From positions 3,038,001 through 3,102,000 of the forward strand of contig OZ251224.1 of the NCBI GenBank assembly GCA_965240325.2: a stretch of 64,000 nt of DNA. Direction: 5' to 3'. Each line of letters begins with the position of its first letter. The stretch's first letter is position 1. The stretch comes from Rebecca billardiae RCC1528 (taxonomy: Eukaryota > Protista > Haptophyta). The position numbers and the translations under genes are program-made. The notes under the pieces were generated by a model, which was not told the origin of the DNA, ran no database searches, and saw only the letters and a program-made list of their open reading frames with translations. Positions 51,308-63,216 of this stretch are shown here, in pieces.

Positions 51308-53664
51308 CCGGCGCTCGCCGGCGCCGCGCTCAGCCGCGCGAGCGCCAGCGCGAGCTCGGCGAGCATGAGCGCGGCGCCGTGGCGCACGCGCAGGTCTGCG
51401 TTGAGCGCGCGCTTGCACAGCTCGGGGATGACGACCGCGCTCGCGTACTGCGGCTCGCGCTCGCAGAGCACGCCGGCGGCACGCGCGGCGAGGTGGCGCA
51501 CGCCGTCGTCCCAGTGCTGCGCCTTCACCGTCCACAGGTGCTCGAGCAGCGCGCGCGCGTACTCGTCGAACCCGCCCACGAACTTGCCCACCGTCAGGTA
51601 GGCGCGCGCGCGAGAGCCGACGCCGTGGTAGTCGCACACGGTGATGATGTCGATGCCGTGCGCAAACGTGCCCTGCCGGCCGACGTGCTCCTGGAAGGCG
51701 GCGGCGGCGGCGCGGCGGCAGTTGACCTCGCGGTCGAAGCACGCGCACACGAGCATCGCCGGCGCGAGCGCCTCCACGTGCGCCGCCATCACCGCGGGCG
51801 CGTACGCGCGCGCAAACGCCCAGCACGCGTACGCGGCCGCGTCGCGCACGTGCTGCCCGACCGAGTGCGCCGCGCGCTGCACGTCGTAGGCGAGCGCGGC
51901 GCAGACGAGCGGCACGGCGTGGGCGAGGCGCGCGGGGAGGAGGAGGCCGCGGCGCGCGAGCTCGGCCAGCGCCAGGCAGCCGCCGTGCCACGCGCTGTGC
52001 TCCTCCGCCTCGCGGAACAGCTCGAGCACGGACGAGACGATCTCGTCGCCCAGATCGAAGGGCAGCCGCGCGACGATGCGGCCGACGCCCTTCGCGGCCG
52101 ACCAGCGCACGACGGTGTCGTCGTCGGCGAGCGCGCAGAGCATGTGCTCGACCGCCGCCTCGAGCTCCTCCGGCACCTCCGCCCCCTCGTCCTCCTCCGC
52201 CGCGCCCGCCTCGGCCGCAGCCGCCGCGCCGCCGTTCGCGGCGGCGGCGGCGCCGCGCGCCGCGCCGTTGGCGTCGCCGCTCGCGCCGCCCGCCGGCGCC
52301 GCGCCCTCGGAGGGCGGCTCGGCGCCGCCGGCCTCGCTGCTCGTGGCGTGCACGCCACAGCGCCCGGCGGGCGCCGCGCCCGCCACGCCCGACGCCTGCA
52401 GGTTGCCCAGCAGCGAGCGCGCGCCGCGCTCGTACCGCCACGCCGCGACGCGCGGCGGCAGCATCAGCAGCGCCACCCGCTGCGCCAGCTTGGCCGCGAG
52501 CTTGCGACACAGCGTCGAGCTGGGGCGCGGCTCGGGCGGCGCGAGGTGCGGCGTGAGGAGGCTGAGCGACGCGCGGAGCTCGGAGCGGTTGCCCAGGCGC
52601 AGGCACGCGCACAGCGCGCTGTACGCGCCCACGCGCTCGAACTGCGCGCGCGCCAGCGCCGCGCTGCCCGCGCCCTCGTCGCCCCCCTCGGGCGCGCCGA
52701 TCAGCTCGGTCGCCCACGCGATGAACGCGCCGAGGTGCGCTTCCATGCGCGGCCTGCGCGCGCGCGCGAGGGGCGGCGCGCGAGGGGCGGCGCGCGCGTC
52801 AGCCCGCGCCGCGCCGAGACGCGCGCCGCGCCGCGCGCGCGCGAGCGGCACGCGCGCGCGCGCGCGCCGCGCCCCGCAGGGTCAGCCCGCCCCGCGCGCG
52901 CGCCGCACCTCGTGAGCAGGCGGCCGAGGAGCACCGCCGCCGCGTCGCGCGACGGGCCCGTGGAGGAGAGCTGCTCCTTCGCGAGCTCGATCACGCTGGC
53001 GATGAGCCCGCGCGGCGCGTCCGCGCCCGCGCCGCTCGCCAGCGTCGAGTCGATGATGTTCAGGTCGAAGGGCAGCAGCATGAGCACAGACAGCCACAGC
53101 TGCACGCCGTACGCGAGCTGCCAGCCGCCCGGGGCGCTGCTGCTCGTCGCGGAGCGCAGCAGCGCGACGGCGGGCTCGAGGTCGGCGACCTGGTGCGGGA
53201 AGAACTTGACTGCGCGCGGCGGCGTGGCGCGCACGCACGGCGGCGGAGCGTGGGCGGGGGCGGGGGCGATGGTCAGCACGAGACGCCGCCAGTGCCACGA
53301 GCGCGGCGCGCGCGCGCGCGCGCGCGCGCGTCCGTCGCGCACCGATGGTCTTGTACCCGCGAACCTTGCACAGGATGTACACGACGTGCATGAGCTCGCG
53401 CATCTTGGGCGTGTCGCCCTCCGCCGTGCGCGCGCGCACGGCGCGCATCAGCGGGCCGACGATCGCCTCGAGGTGCGTGTCGAGCAGCACGGGCTGCTCC
53501 TGGTACTTGTCGAGCGTCTCGCGCACCCACTCGAGGGTGCGCGGCGTGGAGGCGGGCGAGGGCTCCGTGCCATCGACGGCCGTGTGCGCCTCGATCGTCG
53601 CAATCACCTCGTCCGCCTCGCGGAAAAGCGGCGCGGCCTCCGCGGCGTTGTCGAGAGTGGCCAT
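49135..53664 (-). CDS. TBCD: Tubulin-specific chaperone D (exons 53664-53343, 53209-52909, 52753-49905, 49787-49135)
   Basis: LDKYQEQPVLLDTHLE, KVRGYKTI|VKFFPH, DTVVRWSAAKGVGR, WHGGCLALAELARRG, FDREVNCRRAAAAAFQEHVGRQG and DKRGDVGSWVREAA; three frame-preserving GT-AG introns. Confidence 0.95.
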
Positions 53665-54320
53665 CGTCGGCCAGTTGCGACCGTTGTCAGGGCCGTGGTC
53701 GCGCGCGCCTGCCCAGCCTGATCATCTGTTGTGCAGTTGGTTTGGTGGGTCTGGCGCTGTGCAAATCCAGCCGCAGAATCCGGAGCAGCAGGACTCAGAG
53801 CCCAGAGCTCAGCGATTATCGCCCCAAGCAGCAGGCACGAGGTTGCCGCAAATGGCGGCACGCAGCGCCGCAGCAGCAAAGGGCATTCATTGTGGCAAAT
53901 CGCGTCGGCGTCCGTGCGCGTGCGTCGGCGGCCGATTCCTTCGCACGCGCAGGCGCAGGCTCCGCTGCCCGCGGGCAGCGGCCGGGCAACACAGGCATGC
54001 GTGATTTCCTGCAGCAGCGTGCAGAAGTGGCAGGTGCCCAGTCAGCCCGAGCGGCTTTCCTGCAGCATGCAGAAGGGGCCGCAGCCCAGCCCGCACGGCT
54101 TCCTGCAGCAGGCAGAAGGGGCTGCAGCCCAGCCCGCAGCAGCCCCCCCCTCAACAGCTCTCTCGGCCCACGGCCGCCGCACCGAGCGCTGCCAGGCGCT
54201 CGTGCATTGCTCAGACCCTCTCGCGCGGCGAGGGAGGCTCCCAAAGGCCCGCAGGCCTTCGTCATCGCGCACGTGTCAAGAGCTCCGCTTGAGCCTTGCC
54301 CAGGACTCGCAAACGTCCTC

Positions 54321-54757
54321 CATCGTCCTCCGGCCAGCGGCCGTCGAGGCTGCTCTGCTCCACCGTCCTCCGGCCCGCGGCCGTCGAGGCTGCTCGGCTC
54401 CACCGTCCTCCGGCCAGTGGCCGGCGAGGCTGCTCTGCTCCACCGTCCTCCGGCCCGCGGCCGTCGAGGCTGCTCTGCTCCACCGTCCTCCGGCCAGCGG
54501 CCGTCGAGGCTGCTCTGCTCCACCGTCCTCCGGCCCGCGGCCGTCGAGGCTGCTCTGCTCCACCGTCCTCCGGCCAGCGGCCGTCGAGGCTGCTCTGCTC
54601 CACCGTCCTCCGGCCAGCGGCCGTCGAGGCTGCTCTGCTCCACCGTCCTCCGGCCCGCGGCCGTCGAGGCTGCTCTGCTCCACCGTCCTCCGGCCCGCGG
54701 CCGTCGAGGCTGCTCTGCTCCACCGTCCTCCGGCCTGCGGCCGTCGAGGCTGCTCTT
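54321..54757 (+). repeat. 40-bp minisatellite, about 11 copies
   Basis: CACCGTCCTCCGGCC(A/C)GCGGCCGTCGAGGCTGCTCTGCTC with an exact 40-bp period. Confidence 0.95.
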
Positions 54758-56449
54758 TGCGGCCCGCCGGGCCCTAGAACCCGGCCCGCAAGAGCTCCGC
54801 CTGAGCCTTGCCCAGGACTCGCAAGCGTCCTCCACCGTCCTCCGGCCCGCAGGCCGTCGAGGCAAGGGCTTAGCACGCTGCAGGTGCCGCTTGTGCCCGC
54901 AGGCAGCAGCCAGGCAACACCTAACACAGGCATGTGTGACTTCCTGCTAAGCATCAATAGTACTTGCACTAGCAGTACTACGCGAAAGGTGCATTCATCA
55001 GCCGCCCAATAAGGCATACGCGGATTTCCTGCATATCGTCATGCAGAAGGGGTGGATGCCCAGCCGGTGCGGACCATGGCTGTCCGTCCGGCGCTCGCCG
55101 TGCAGTGAGGCAGCTCCGCCGAGCAGCAAGGCGCAAGCCCGCTGGCTGCAGCAGGCAGATCCACTTGGCACTGCAGCATACGGGCAAGGCCGGCAGAGCC
55201 TGCCTTGCTAATTAGGCCTGAGCAGGCCGCTGGAGACCAGCAGGCCTGCACTGCCGCTTACTTGCTGGAACCTGGGTATACAGCAGGGCCGCTACGTTGC
55301 TATCAGCGCACTGGCCTGCCAGGCAGCACGGGCCGTGCCGGTAGGCCGCAGCCAAGGCCCTTGCAGCAGCCGAGAGGCCGCTCAACGCCTGCCTCGTCGT
55401 CGTCAAAGCCAAAGGCAGCAAAGCAATCGAAAAACGAACACCGCCACCGTGCGCATCATGCAGTTGGGATACGGATTACGGTCCCCGACCCTACAAGCAC
55501 AGCCACCCGACGCCCCTGTGGAACGATTGGGAACGTCAGCGCGGCAAACACGTCGCAGCCGCAAGTACCCTGGTGGCACAGTGGGCTGCAACCACTCGGG
55601 CCTCCACTTGGAGGTATCCCAACTGTCGACGACGTCGCCGATCTGGTGACTGCGTAGCAGTGGGCATAACATACTACAATCATGCGGCGAACAAGGAACA
55701 AGGACCGCTTGTGTTGTGCAGTTGGTTTGGTGGGTCTGGCGCGAAGCTCACAAGGGGTCCGCAATGTACTGGAGACGCAAGCGCTGTGCAAATCCAGCCG
55801 CAGAATCCGGAGCAGCAGGACTCAGAGCCCAGAGCTCAGCGATTATCGCCCCAAGCAGCAGGCACGAGGTTGCCGCAAATGGCGGCACGCAGCGCCGCAG
55901 CAGCAAAGGGCATTCATTGTGGCAAATCCTCCCACCCACCCACCCTGACTACCAGGCAAGCAGCTGAGGGTGCTCACCACTGGCCCCAGCAGGAGCTGAC
56001 ACCAGTGCTGGCTATGCACTACCACCGCAAGGGTGGCTCTCTCACTGCCAGCAGGCAGTCGACACAGGGCACTGGTTGGGCGCCAGCGAGCAGCTCACTC
56101 CAAGATGCCGATGGCGCGAGTGTGTGCTTGAGCATGGCCTGAGGGCCTCATATTGTCTTTGCTGACGAAGGAGATGACGACGTTGGCGCATCGGAGGCAG
56201 GTCGGAGAGTGGTGAGGCGATGACTGGTTGGAGGCGCAATGGCGGGTCGGAGCGCGATGACGGGTCGGAGGCAGGGCGAGTCTTCCAGGTCGAAGGTGGG
56301 GGTTTGAGGTCGGAGAGTGGCGAGGCGATGACTGGTCGGAGGAGCGATGACGGGTCGGAGCGATGACGGGTCGGAGTCACAAGTTGCAACCGACGCTGGC
56401 ATTCGGCTGTGCAAAGCCGCTAATCAGGCAAGGAACCACTGCGATCGCA

Positions 56450-59400
56450 GTTTCGAGGGCCCTGCAAGCTGCAGGCGCCGCTGCCCACAGGCAGCTGCCT
56501 GCAGGGCAACACAGGCATGCGTGATCGCCTGCAGCAGGAGGCAGAAGGGGCAGCCAGCCCGAGCTAATTTCCTGCATCATCGATCATGCAGAGGAAGGGG
56601 CAGCTGCCCTGCAATGGCACGGAACATCGCGCTCACAGTGCCAAGGGCTCAGCACACCACAGGCGCAGCTGCCAGCAGGCAGCTGCCAAGCAACACAGGC
56701 GTGCCGTATTTACTGCAGCAGCATGCAGAAAGTGCAGTCAGCCCGAGCGGCTTCCCTGCATCATCATGCGGAAGAAGGGGCAGCGGCCCAGCCGGCGCGG
56801 CACATTGCACGTGCAGTGTCAAGCCCCTGGCTAAGCAAACCGCAGCCGCAGGCGATGCGATTTCCTGCAGCAGCATGCAGAAGGGCAGCCGGCCCGAGCG
56901 GCTTTCCTGCAGTATGCAGAAGGGGCAGCAGCCCAGCCGGCGCGGAACATCGCGCTCGCCGTGTCAAGAGCTTAGCACTCAGCAGGCACAGCTGCCAGCA
57001 GGCAGCTGCCAGCCCACGAGCGGCTTTCCTGCAGCAGGCAGAAGGGGCAGCAGCCCAGCCAGAGCGGCTTTCCTGCAGCATGCAGAAGGGGCAGCAGCCC
57101 AGCCGGCGCCGAACAACGCGCTTGCAGTGTCAAGGGCTTAGCACTCCGCAGGCGCCGCTGCCCGCAGGCAGCTGCCAGCCCACGAGCGGCTTTCCTGCAG
57201 CAGGCAGAAGGGGCAGCAGCCCAGCCCGAGCGGCTTTCCTTCAGCAGGTGAAGGGGCAGCAGCCCAGCCGGCGCGGTGAAGGGGCAGCAGCCCAGCCGGC
57301 GCGGCACATCTCGTTCACAGTGTCAAGGGCTTAGCACTCCGCAGGCGCCGCTGCCAGCAGGCGGCTGCCAGCCCAAGCGGCTTTCCTGCAGCATGCAGAA
57401 GGGGCAGCAGCCCAGCCAGAGCGGCTTTCCTGCAGCATGCAGAAGGGGCAGCAGCCCAGCCGGCGCCGAACACGCGCTCGCAGTGTCGAGGGCTTAGCAC
57501 TTCGCAGCCGCCGCTGCCCGCAGGCAGCCGCCAGCCCGAGCGGCTTTCCTGCAGCATGCAGAAGGGGCAGCTGCCCAGCCGGCGCTGCACATCGCGCTGG
57601 CAGTGTCGAGCCCCTGGCTCAGCAAACCGCAGCCGCAAGCGCGACTGCCAGCAGGCAGCAGCCTTACAAAACAGGCATCATTGTGATGCGATTTCCTGCA
57701 GCAGCATGCAGAAGGGGCAGCCAGCCCGAGCGGCCTTCCTGCAGTATGAAGAAGGGGCAGCAGCCCAGCCGGCGCGGAACTCGCGTTCGCCGTGTCAAGA
57801 GCTCAGCACTCTGCAGGCGCCGCTGCCCGCCGGCAGCTGCCAGCCAGAGAGAGGCTTTCCTGCAGCATGCAGAAGGGGCAGCAGCCCAGCCAGAGCGGCT
57901 GTCCTTCAGCAGGCGAAGGGGCAGCAGCCCAGCCGGCGCGGAACTTGCGCTTGCCGTGTACAGCCCGAGCTGCTTTTCTGCAGCATGCAGAAGGGGCCGC
58001 AGCCCAGCTGGTGCTGAACATCGCGTTCGCAGTGTCAAGGGCTTAGCACTCCGCAGGCGCCGATGCCCGCAGGCAGCTGCCAGGCAACACAGGCATGCAT
58101 ATGTGATTTCCTGCAGCACTGAGGCATGCAGAAGGGGCCCCGCCAGCCCAGCCAGAGCGGCTTTCCTGCAGCATGCAGAAGGGGCAGCAGCCCAGCCGGC
58201 GCCGAACAACGCGCTCGCAGTGTCGAGGGCTTAGCACTCCGCAGGCGCCGCTGCCGCAGGCAGCTGCCAGCCCGAGCTGCTTTCCTGCAGCATGCAGAAA
58301 GGGGCAGCTGCCCAGCCGGCACGGCATATTGCGCTCGCAGTGTCGAGCCCCTGGCTCAGCAAACCACAGCCGCAAGCGCGGCTGCCTGCAGGCAGCAGCC
58401 TGGCAAAACAGGCATGTGGTGCGATTTCCTCCAGCAGCATGCAGAAGGGGCAGCCAGCCCGAGCGGCCTTCGTGCAGTATGCAGAAGGGGCAGCAGCCCA
58501 GCCGGCGCGGAACTCGCGCTCGCCGTGTCAAGAGCTTAGCACTCTGCAGGCGCCGCTGCCCGCGGGCAGCTGCCAGCCCGAGAGAGGCTTTCCTGCAGCA
58601 TGCTGAAGGGGCAGCAGCCCAGCCGGAGCGGCTGTCCTTCAGCAGGCGAAGGGGCAGCAGCCCAGCCGGCGCGGAACTCGCGCTTGCCGTGTACAGCCCA
58701 AGCTGCTTTCCTGCAGCATGCAGAAGGGGCCGCAGCCCAGCTGGTGCTGAACATCGCGTTCGCAGTGTCAAGGGCTTAGCACTCCGCAGGCGCCGCTTCC
58801 CGCAGGCAGCTGCCAGGCAACACAGGCATGCATGTGTGATTTCCTGCAGCACTGAGGCATGCAAAGGGGCCCCAGCCCAGCCAGAGCGGCTTTCCTGCAG
58901 CATGCAGAAGGGGCAGCAGCCCAGCCAGAGCGGCTTTCCTGCAGCATGCAGAAGGGGCAGCGGCCCAGCCGGCGCCGAACACGCGCTCGCAGTGTCGAGG
59001 GCTTAGCACTTCGCAGGCGCCGCTGCCCGCAGGCAGCCGCCAGCCCGAGCGGCTTTCCTGCAGCATGCAGAAGGGGCAGCTGCCCAGCCGGCGCTGCACA
59101 TCGCGCTGGCAGTGTCGAGCCCCTGGCTCAGCAAACCGCAGCCGCAAGCGCGACTGCCAGCAGGCAGCAGCCTTACAAAACAGGCATCATTGTGATGCGA
59201 TTTCCTGCAGCAGCATGCAGAAGGGCAGCCAGCCCGAGCGGCTTTCCTGCAGTATGCAGAAGGGGCAGCCGCCCAGCCAGCGCGGAACATCGCGCTTGCA
59301 GTGTCAAGAGCTTAGCACTCTGCAGGCGCCGCTGCCCGCCGGCAGCTGCCAGCCCGAGCGGCTTTCCTGCAGCATGCAGAAGGGGCAGCATCCCAGCCAG

Positions 59401-60420
59401 AGCGGAACTCGCGCTCGCCGTGGGCGTGTAGCCGTGTACAGCCCGGGCGGCTTTCCTGCAGCATGCAGAAGGGGCCGCAGCCCAGCCGGCGCGGAACATA
59501 GCGTTCGGCGTGTCAAAGGCTTCGCACTCCGCAGGCGCCGCTGCCCGCAGGCAGCTGCCATCCCGCGAGCGGCTTTCCTGCAGCATGCAGAGGGGGCAGC
59601 AGCCCAGCCTGAGCGGCTTTCCTGCAGCATGCAGAAGGGGCCACATCCCAGCCGGCGCGGAACATCGCGTTCGCAGTGTAAGGGTTTAGCACTCCGCAGG
59701 CGCCGCTGCCCGCAGGCAGCTGCCAGCCCGAGCTGCTTTCCTGCAGCATGCACAAGGGGCCGCAGCCTAGACGGCGCGGCACATCGCACTCGCCTTGCAG
59801 GGGCTAACACGCAGCAGGCGCCACTACCCGCAGGCAGCGGCCAGGCAACACAGGCATATGTGATTTCCTGCAGCAGTATGCAGAAGGGGCGGTCAACCCG
59901 AGCTGCCTTCCTGCTCATGCAGACGGGCAGCAGCCCAGCCCGAGCGACTTTCCTGCAGCGTGCAGAAGGGGCAGCAGCCCAGCCGGCGCGGAACCCGGCC
60001 CGCAGGCCGCTGGAGCCAGTGCAGGGTCGGGCACTCGCACTGAACGACAGACCTGAGGCTCTCGGAGCTGGCACAGGAAGGGGGTTCTGCTACGACCCTC
60101 CCCCAGCGGCCCGCCAGGCCGCAGCAGGTGCAGATGCTGCTGGTCAAGACGCCAGCTGGAGAGCATCGTGCCTCGTGCCTCGTGTCAAGAGCCCAGCAAG
60201 CCCTCTGCAGACCGAGGTCGCTGCAGCATGCAGCAGAGCCTGCTCGTTACACCGGCACGCGCGGTTTCCTGCTGCAGGTCACGGGGCAGCTGCCCGGCTT
60301 GGCTGGAGCCGCTGCTTTCCTGCAATGCTGGACGTGCGGCAGTCGCCCGTGCTGCAGTCGGCGCACGGTTTCCTGCAGCAGCATGCAGAAGGGGCAGCCT
60401 GCCCGAGCCGGAATTCCCTG
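56450..60420 (+). repeat. Modular satellite with higher-order periods (733 and 1509 bp)
   Basis: Core TTTCCTGCAGCATGCAGAAGGGGCAGCAGCCCAGCC recurs dozens of times; distinctive markers repeat at 58008/58741 and 57671/59180. Confidence 0.85.
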
Positions 60421-60853
60421 CATTGTGCAGGATGTGCTCCTACCACCTCTGCTGTACAAGGTGGCCGGCTGGGGCTCTGCGCAGGGCCCTGCGTAGTTGC
60501 AGCTCCGGTCCGGCGCATGCGCTTCGGCTGGCGGTCCGAGACGGCGGGCCCCTGGCTCGCGGGCGGCACTGTGGGCAGTGCGTCCGCGCCCGGGTGGGCG
60601 GTTACTGTGTGCGGGGAACGTCAGCGCGGCAAACACGTCGCAGCCGCAAGTACCCTGGTGGCACAGTGGGCTGCAACCACTCGGGCCTCCACTTGGAGGT
60701 ATCCCAACTGTCGACGACGTCGCCGATCTGGTGACTGCGTAGCAGTGGGCATAACATACTACAATCATGCGGCGAACAAGGAACAAGGACCGCTTGAGAG
60801 CAGTTCTACAGTTCACGCTCGCTCGGCGGGCGGTGCCGACCGCCCGGCGTGCC

Positions 60854-61964
60854 CAAGGGGAGTCAGGGTACAGCACGTCCAGTTGGGCTGCAGCTCAAAA
60901 GCTTCCCGCGGCGCAGCGGCACTCGCCGCCGCCGCCGCCGTGGAGGGGCGGTTGTGGCGCGCACGGCGTGAGCCGCTGCGGGCGCTGAGGTGCGCGCGAC
61001 GGCGGCGCGCCCGGCGGCGCTGCTGTAGGAGGCCACTGCCCTCCTCTCTGCCCCGCGCGCTTCGCTCGTCGTCGCCGTCGCCGCGCCTGCGACTAGCGCG
61101 CACGCGAGCGCCGCACCGCCCGGAAGCCGGGGCAATCTCAGTCGTGACTGCGCATGTGCGTCGCGACCTGGTCGGCCCAGCGCGCGAGGCGCGTGCGGGC
61201 GAGGCAGGGCCAGTGTGGCCGCGCGCCATGCCGCCTCGACCTTGCGCCAGTGGGCATGTCGCGGGCCTTGCACCTCTGTCGACAACGTTGACAAACAATG
61301 CGGCACCCAAGCGCAGACGTCAGTGTGCACGATCGAGACAGTAGGCGTACAGACGCGATAGTTGCAGAGCCTTTTGTGATCATGCGAGTCATGTATCGTC
61401 AGTGACTCTCGCCCAGGTCGTCTGCGCGCTGAACTGACGTTTTGACTGAGTGCCTCGAGATCGCCTCGACGATGGCCCGTGCATTGCTTGAAGACTCGAC
61501 ACCGAGTCCAAGCGGCCAACCAGACACACGTGCTCAGTTCCCTGTTGTACGCTCAGATGGGCTTACTTGAGGCGGCATGGCGCGCGGCCACACTGGCCCT
61601 GCCTCGCCCGCACGCGCCTCGCGCGCTGGGCCGACCAGGTCGCGACGCACATGCGCAGTCACGGCTGAGATTGCCCCGGCTTCCGGGCGGTGCGGCGCTC
61701 GCGTGCGCGCTGGTCGCAGGCGCGGCGACGGCGACGACGAGCGAAGCGCGCGGGGCAGAGAGGAGGGCAGTGGCCTCCTACAGCAGCGCCGCCGGGCGCG
61801 CCGCCGTCGCGCGCACCTCAGCGCCCGCAGCGGCTCACGCCGTGCGCGCCACAACCGCCCCTCCACGGCGGCGGCGGCGGCGAGTGCCGCTGCGCCGCGG
61901 GAAGCTTTTGTACCCAAGCTCCAGCTGCAGCCCAACTGGACGTGCTGTACCCTGACTCCCCTTG
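60854..61964. mobile_element. 1.11-kb foldback element (P/Galileo-like), 7-bp TSD GCGTGCC
   Basis: GCGTGCC|CAAGGGGAGTCAGGG...CCCTGACTCCCCTTG|GCGTGCC; arms about 390 bp, loop about 330 bp. Confidence 0.85.
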
Positions 61965-61988
61965 GCGTGCCGCACGCTTGCGCCCGCC

Positions 61989-63108
61989 CAAGGGGAGTCA
62001 GGGTACAGCACGTCCAGTTGGGCTGCAGCTGGAGCTTGGGTCCAAAAGCTTCCCGCCGCGCAGCGGCACTCGCCGCCGCCGCCGCCGTCGATGGGCGGTT
62101 GTGGCGCGCACGGCGTGAGCCGCTGCGGGCGCTGAGGTGCGCGCGACGGCGGCGCGCCCGGCGGCGCTGCTGTAGGAGACCACTGCCCTCCTCTCTGCCC
62201 CGCGCGCTTCGCTCGTCGTCGCCGTCTCCGCGCCTGCGACCAGCGCGCACGCGATCGCCGCACCGCCCGGCAGCCGGGGCAATCTCAGCCGTGACTGCGC
62301 ATGTGCGTCGCGACCTGGTCGGCCCAGCGCGCGAGGCGCGTGCGGGCGAGGCAGGGCCAGTGTGGCCGCGCGCCATGCCGCCTCGACCTTGCGCCAGTGG
62401 GCATGTCGCCGGCCTTGCACCTCTGTCGACAACGTTGACAACCAATGCGGCACGCAAGCGCAGACGTCAGTGTGCACGATCGAGGCAGTAGGCGTACAGA
62501 CGCGATAGTTGCAGAGCCTTTTGTGATCATGCGAGTCATGCATTGTCAGCGACTCTCGCCCAGGTCGTCTGCGCGCTGAACTGACGTTTTGACTGAGTGC
62601 CTCGAGATCGCCTCGACGATGGCCCGTGCATTGCTTGAACACTCACCACAGTCCAAGCGGGCAACCAGACACATGTGCTCAGTTCCCTGTTGTACGCTCT
62701 GATGGGCTTACTTGAGGCGGCATGGCGCGCGGCCACACTGGCCCTGCCTCGCCCGCACGCGTCTCGCGCGCTGGGCCGACCAGGTCGCGACGCACATGCG
62801 CAGTCACGGCTGAGATTGCCCCGGCTGCCGGGCGGTGCGGCGATCGCGTGCGCGCTGGTCGCAGGCGCGGAGACGGCGACGACGAGCGAAGCGCGCGGGG
62901 CAGAGAGGAGGGCAGTGGTCTCCTACAGCAGCGCCGCCGGGCGCGCCGCCGTCGCGCGCACCTCAGCGCCCGCAGCGGCTCACGCCGTGCGCGCCACAAC
63001 CGCCCATCGACGGCGGCGGCGGCGGCGAGTGCCGCTGCGCCGTGGGAGCTTTTGTACCCAAGCTCCAGCTGCAGCCCAACTGGACGTGCTGTACCCTGAC
63101 TCCCCTTG
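61989..63108. mobile_element. Second copy of the same foldback, 7-bp TSD GCCCGCC
   Basis: GCCCGCC|CAAGGGGAG...CTCCCCTTG|GCCCGCC; same loop sequence as the first copy. Confidence 0.85.
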
Positions 63109-63216
63109 GCCCGCCCTCTCACTCGTTCGCCAAGCCGAAGGGCCGTATCGGTAGGACCGCACAGCGCCACAGCCACCGCCACTTGCGACAACACCCAAGC
63201 AGCGCTTCGGGCTCCC

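Larger units (their letters stand above)
53727..60796. mobile_element. Two head-to-tail, satellite-filled elements (53727-55711 and 55712-60796), unclassified
   Basis: Block B (TGTTGTGCAG...) at 53727 and 55712; block A (...AAGGACCGCTTG) ending at 55711 and 60796; interiors are related repeats. Confidence 0.55.

Noticed and set aside
54321-60420. CRISPR-like repeat/spacer array
   Set aside because: The linkers are homologous to each other and variable in length, there are no cas genes, and the context is eukaryotic. It is a satellite.
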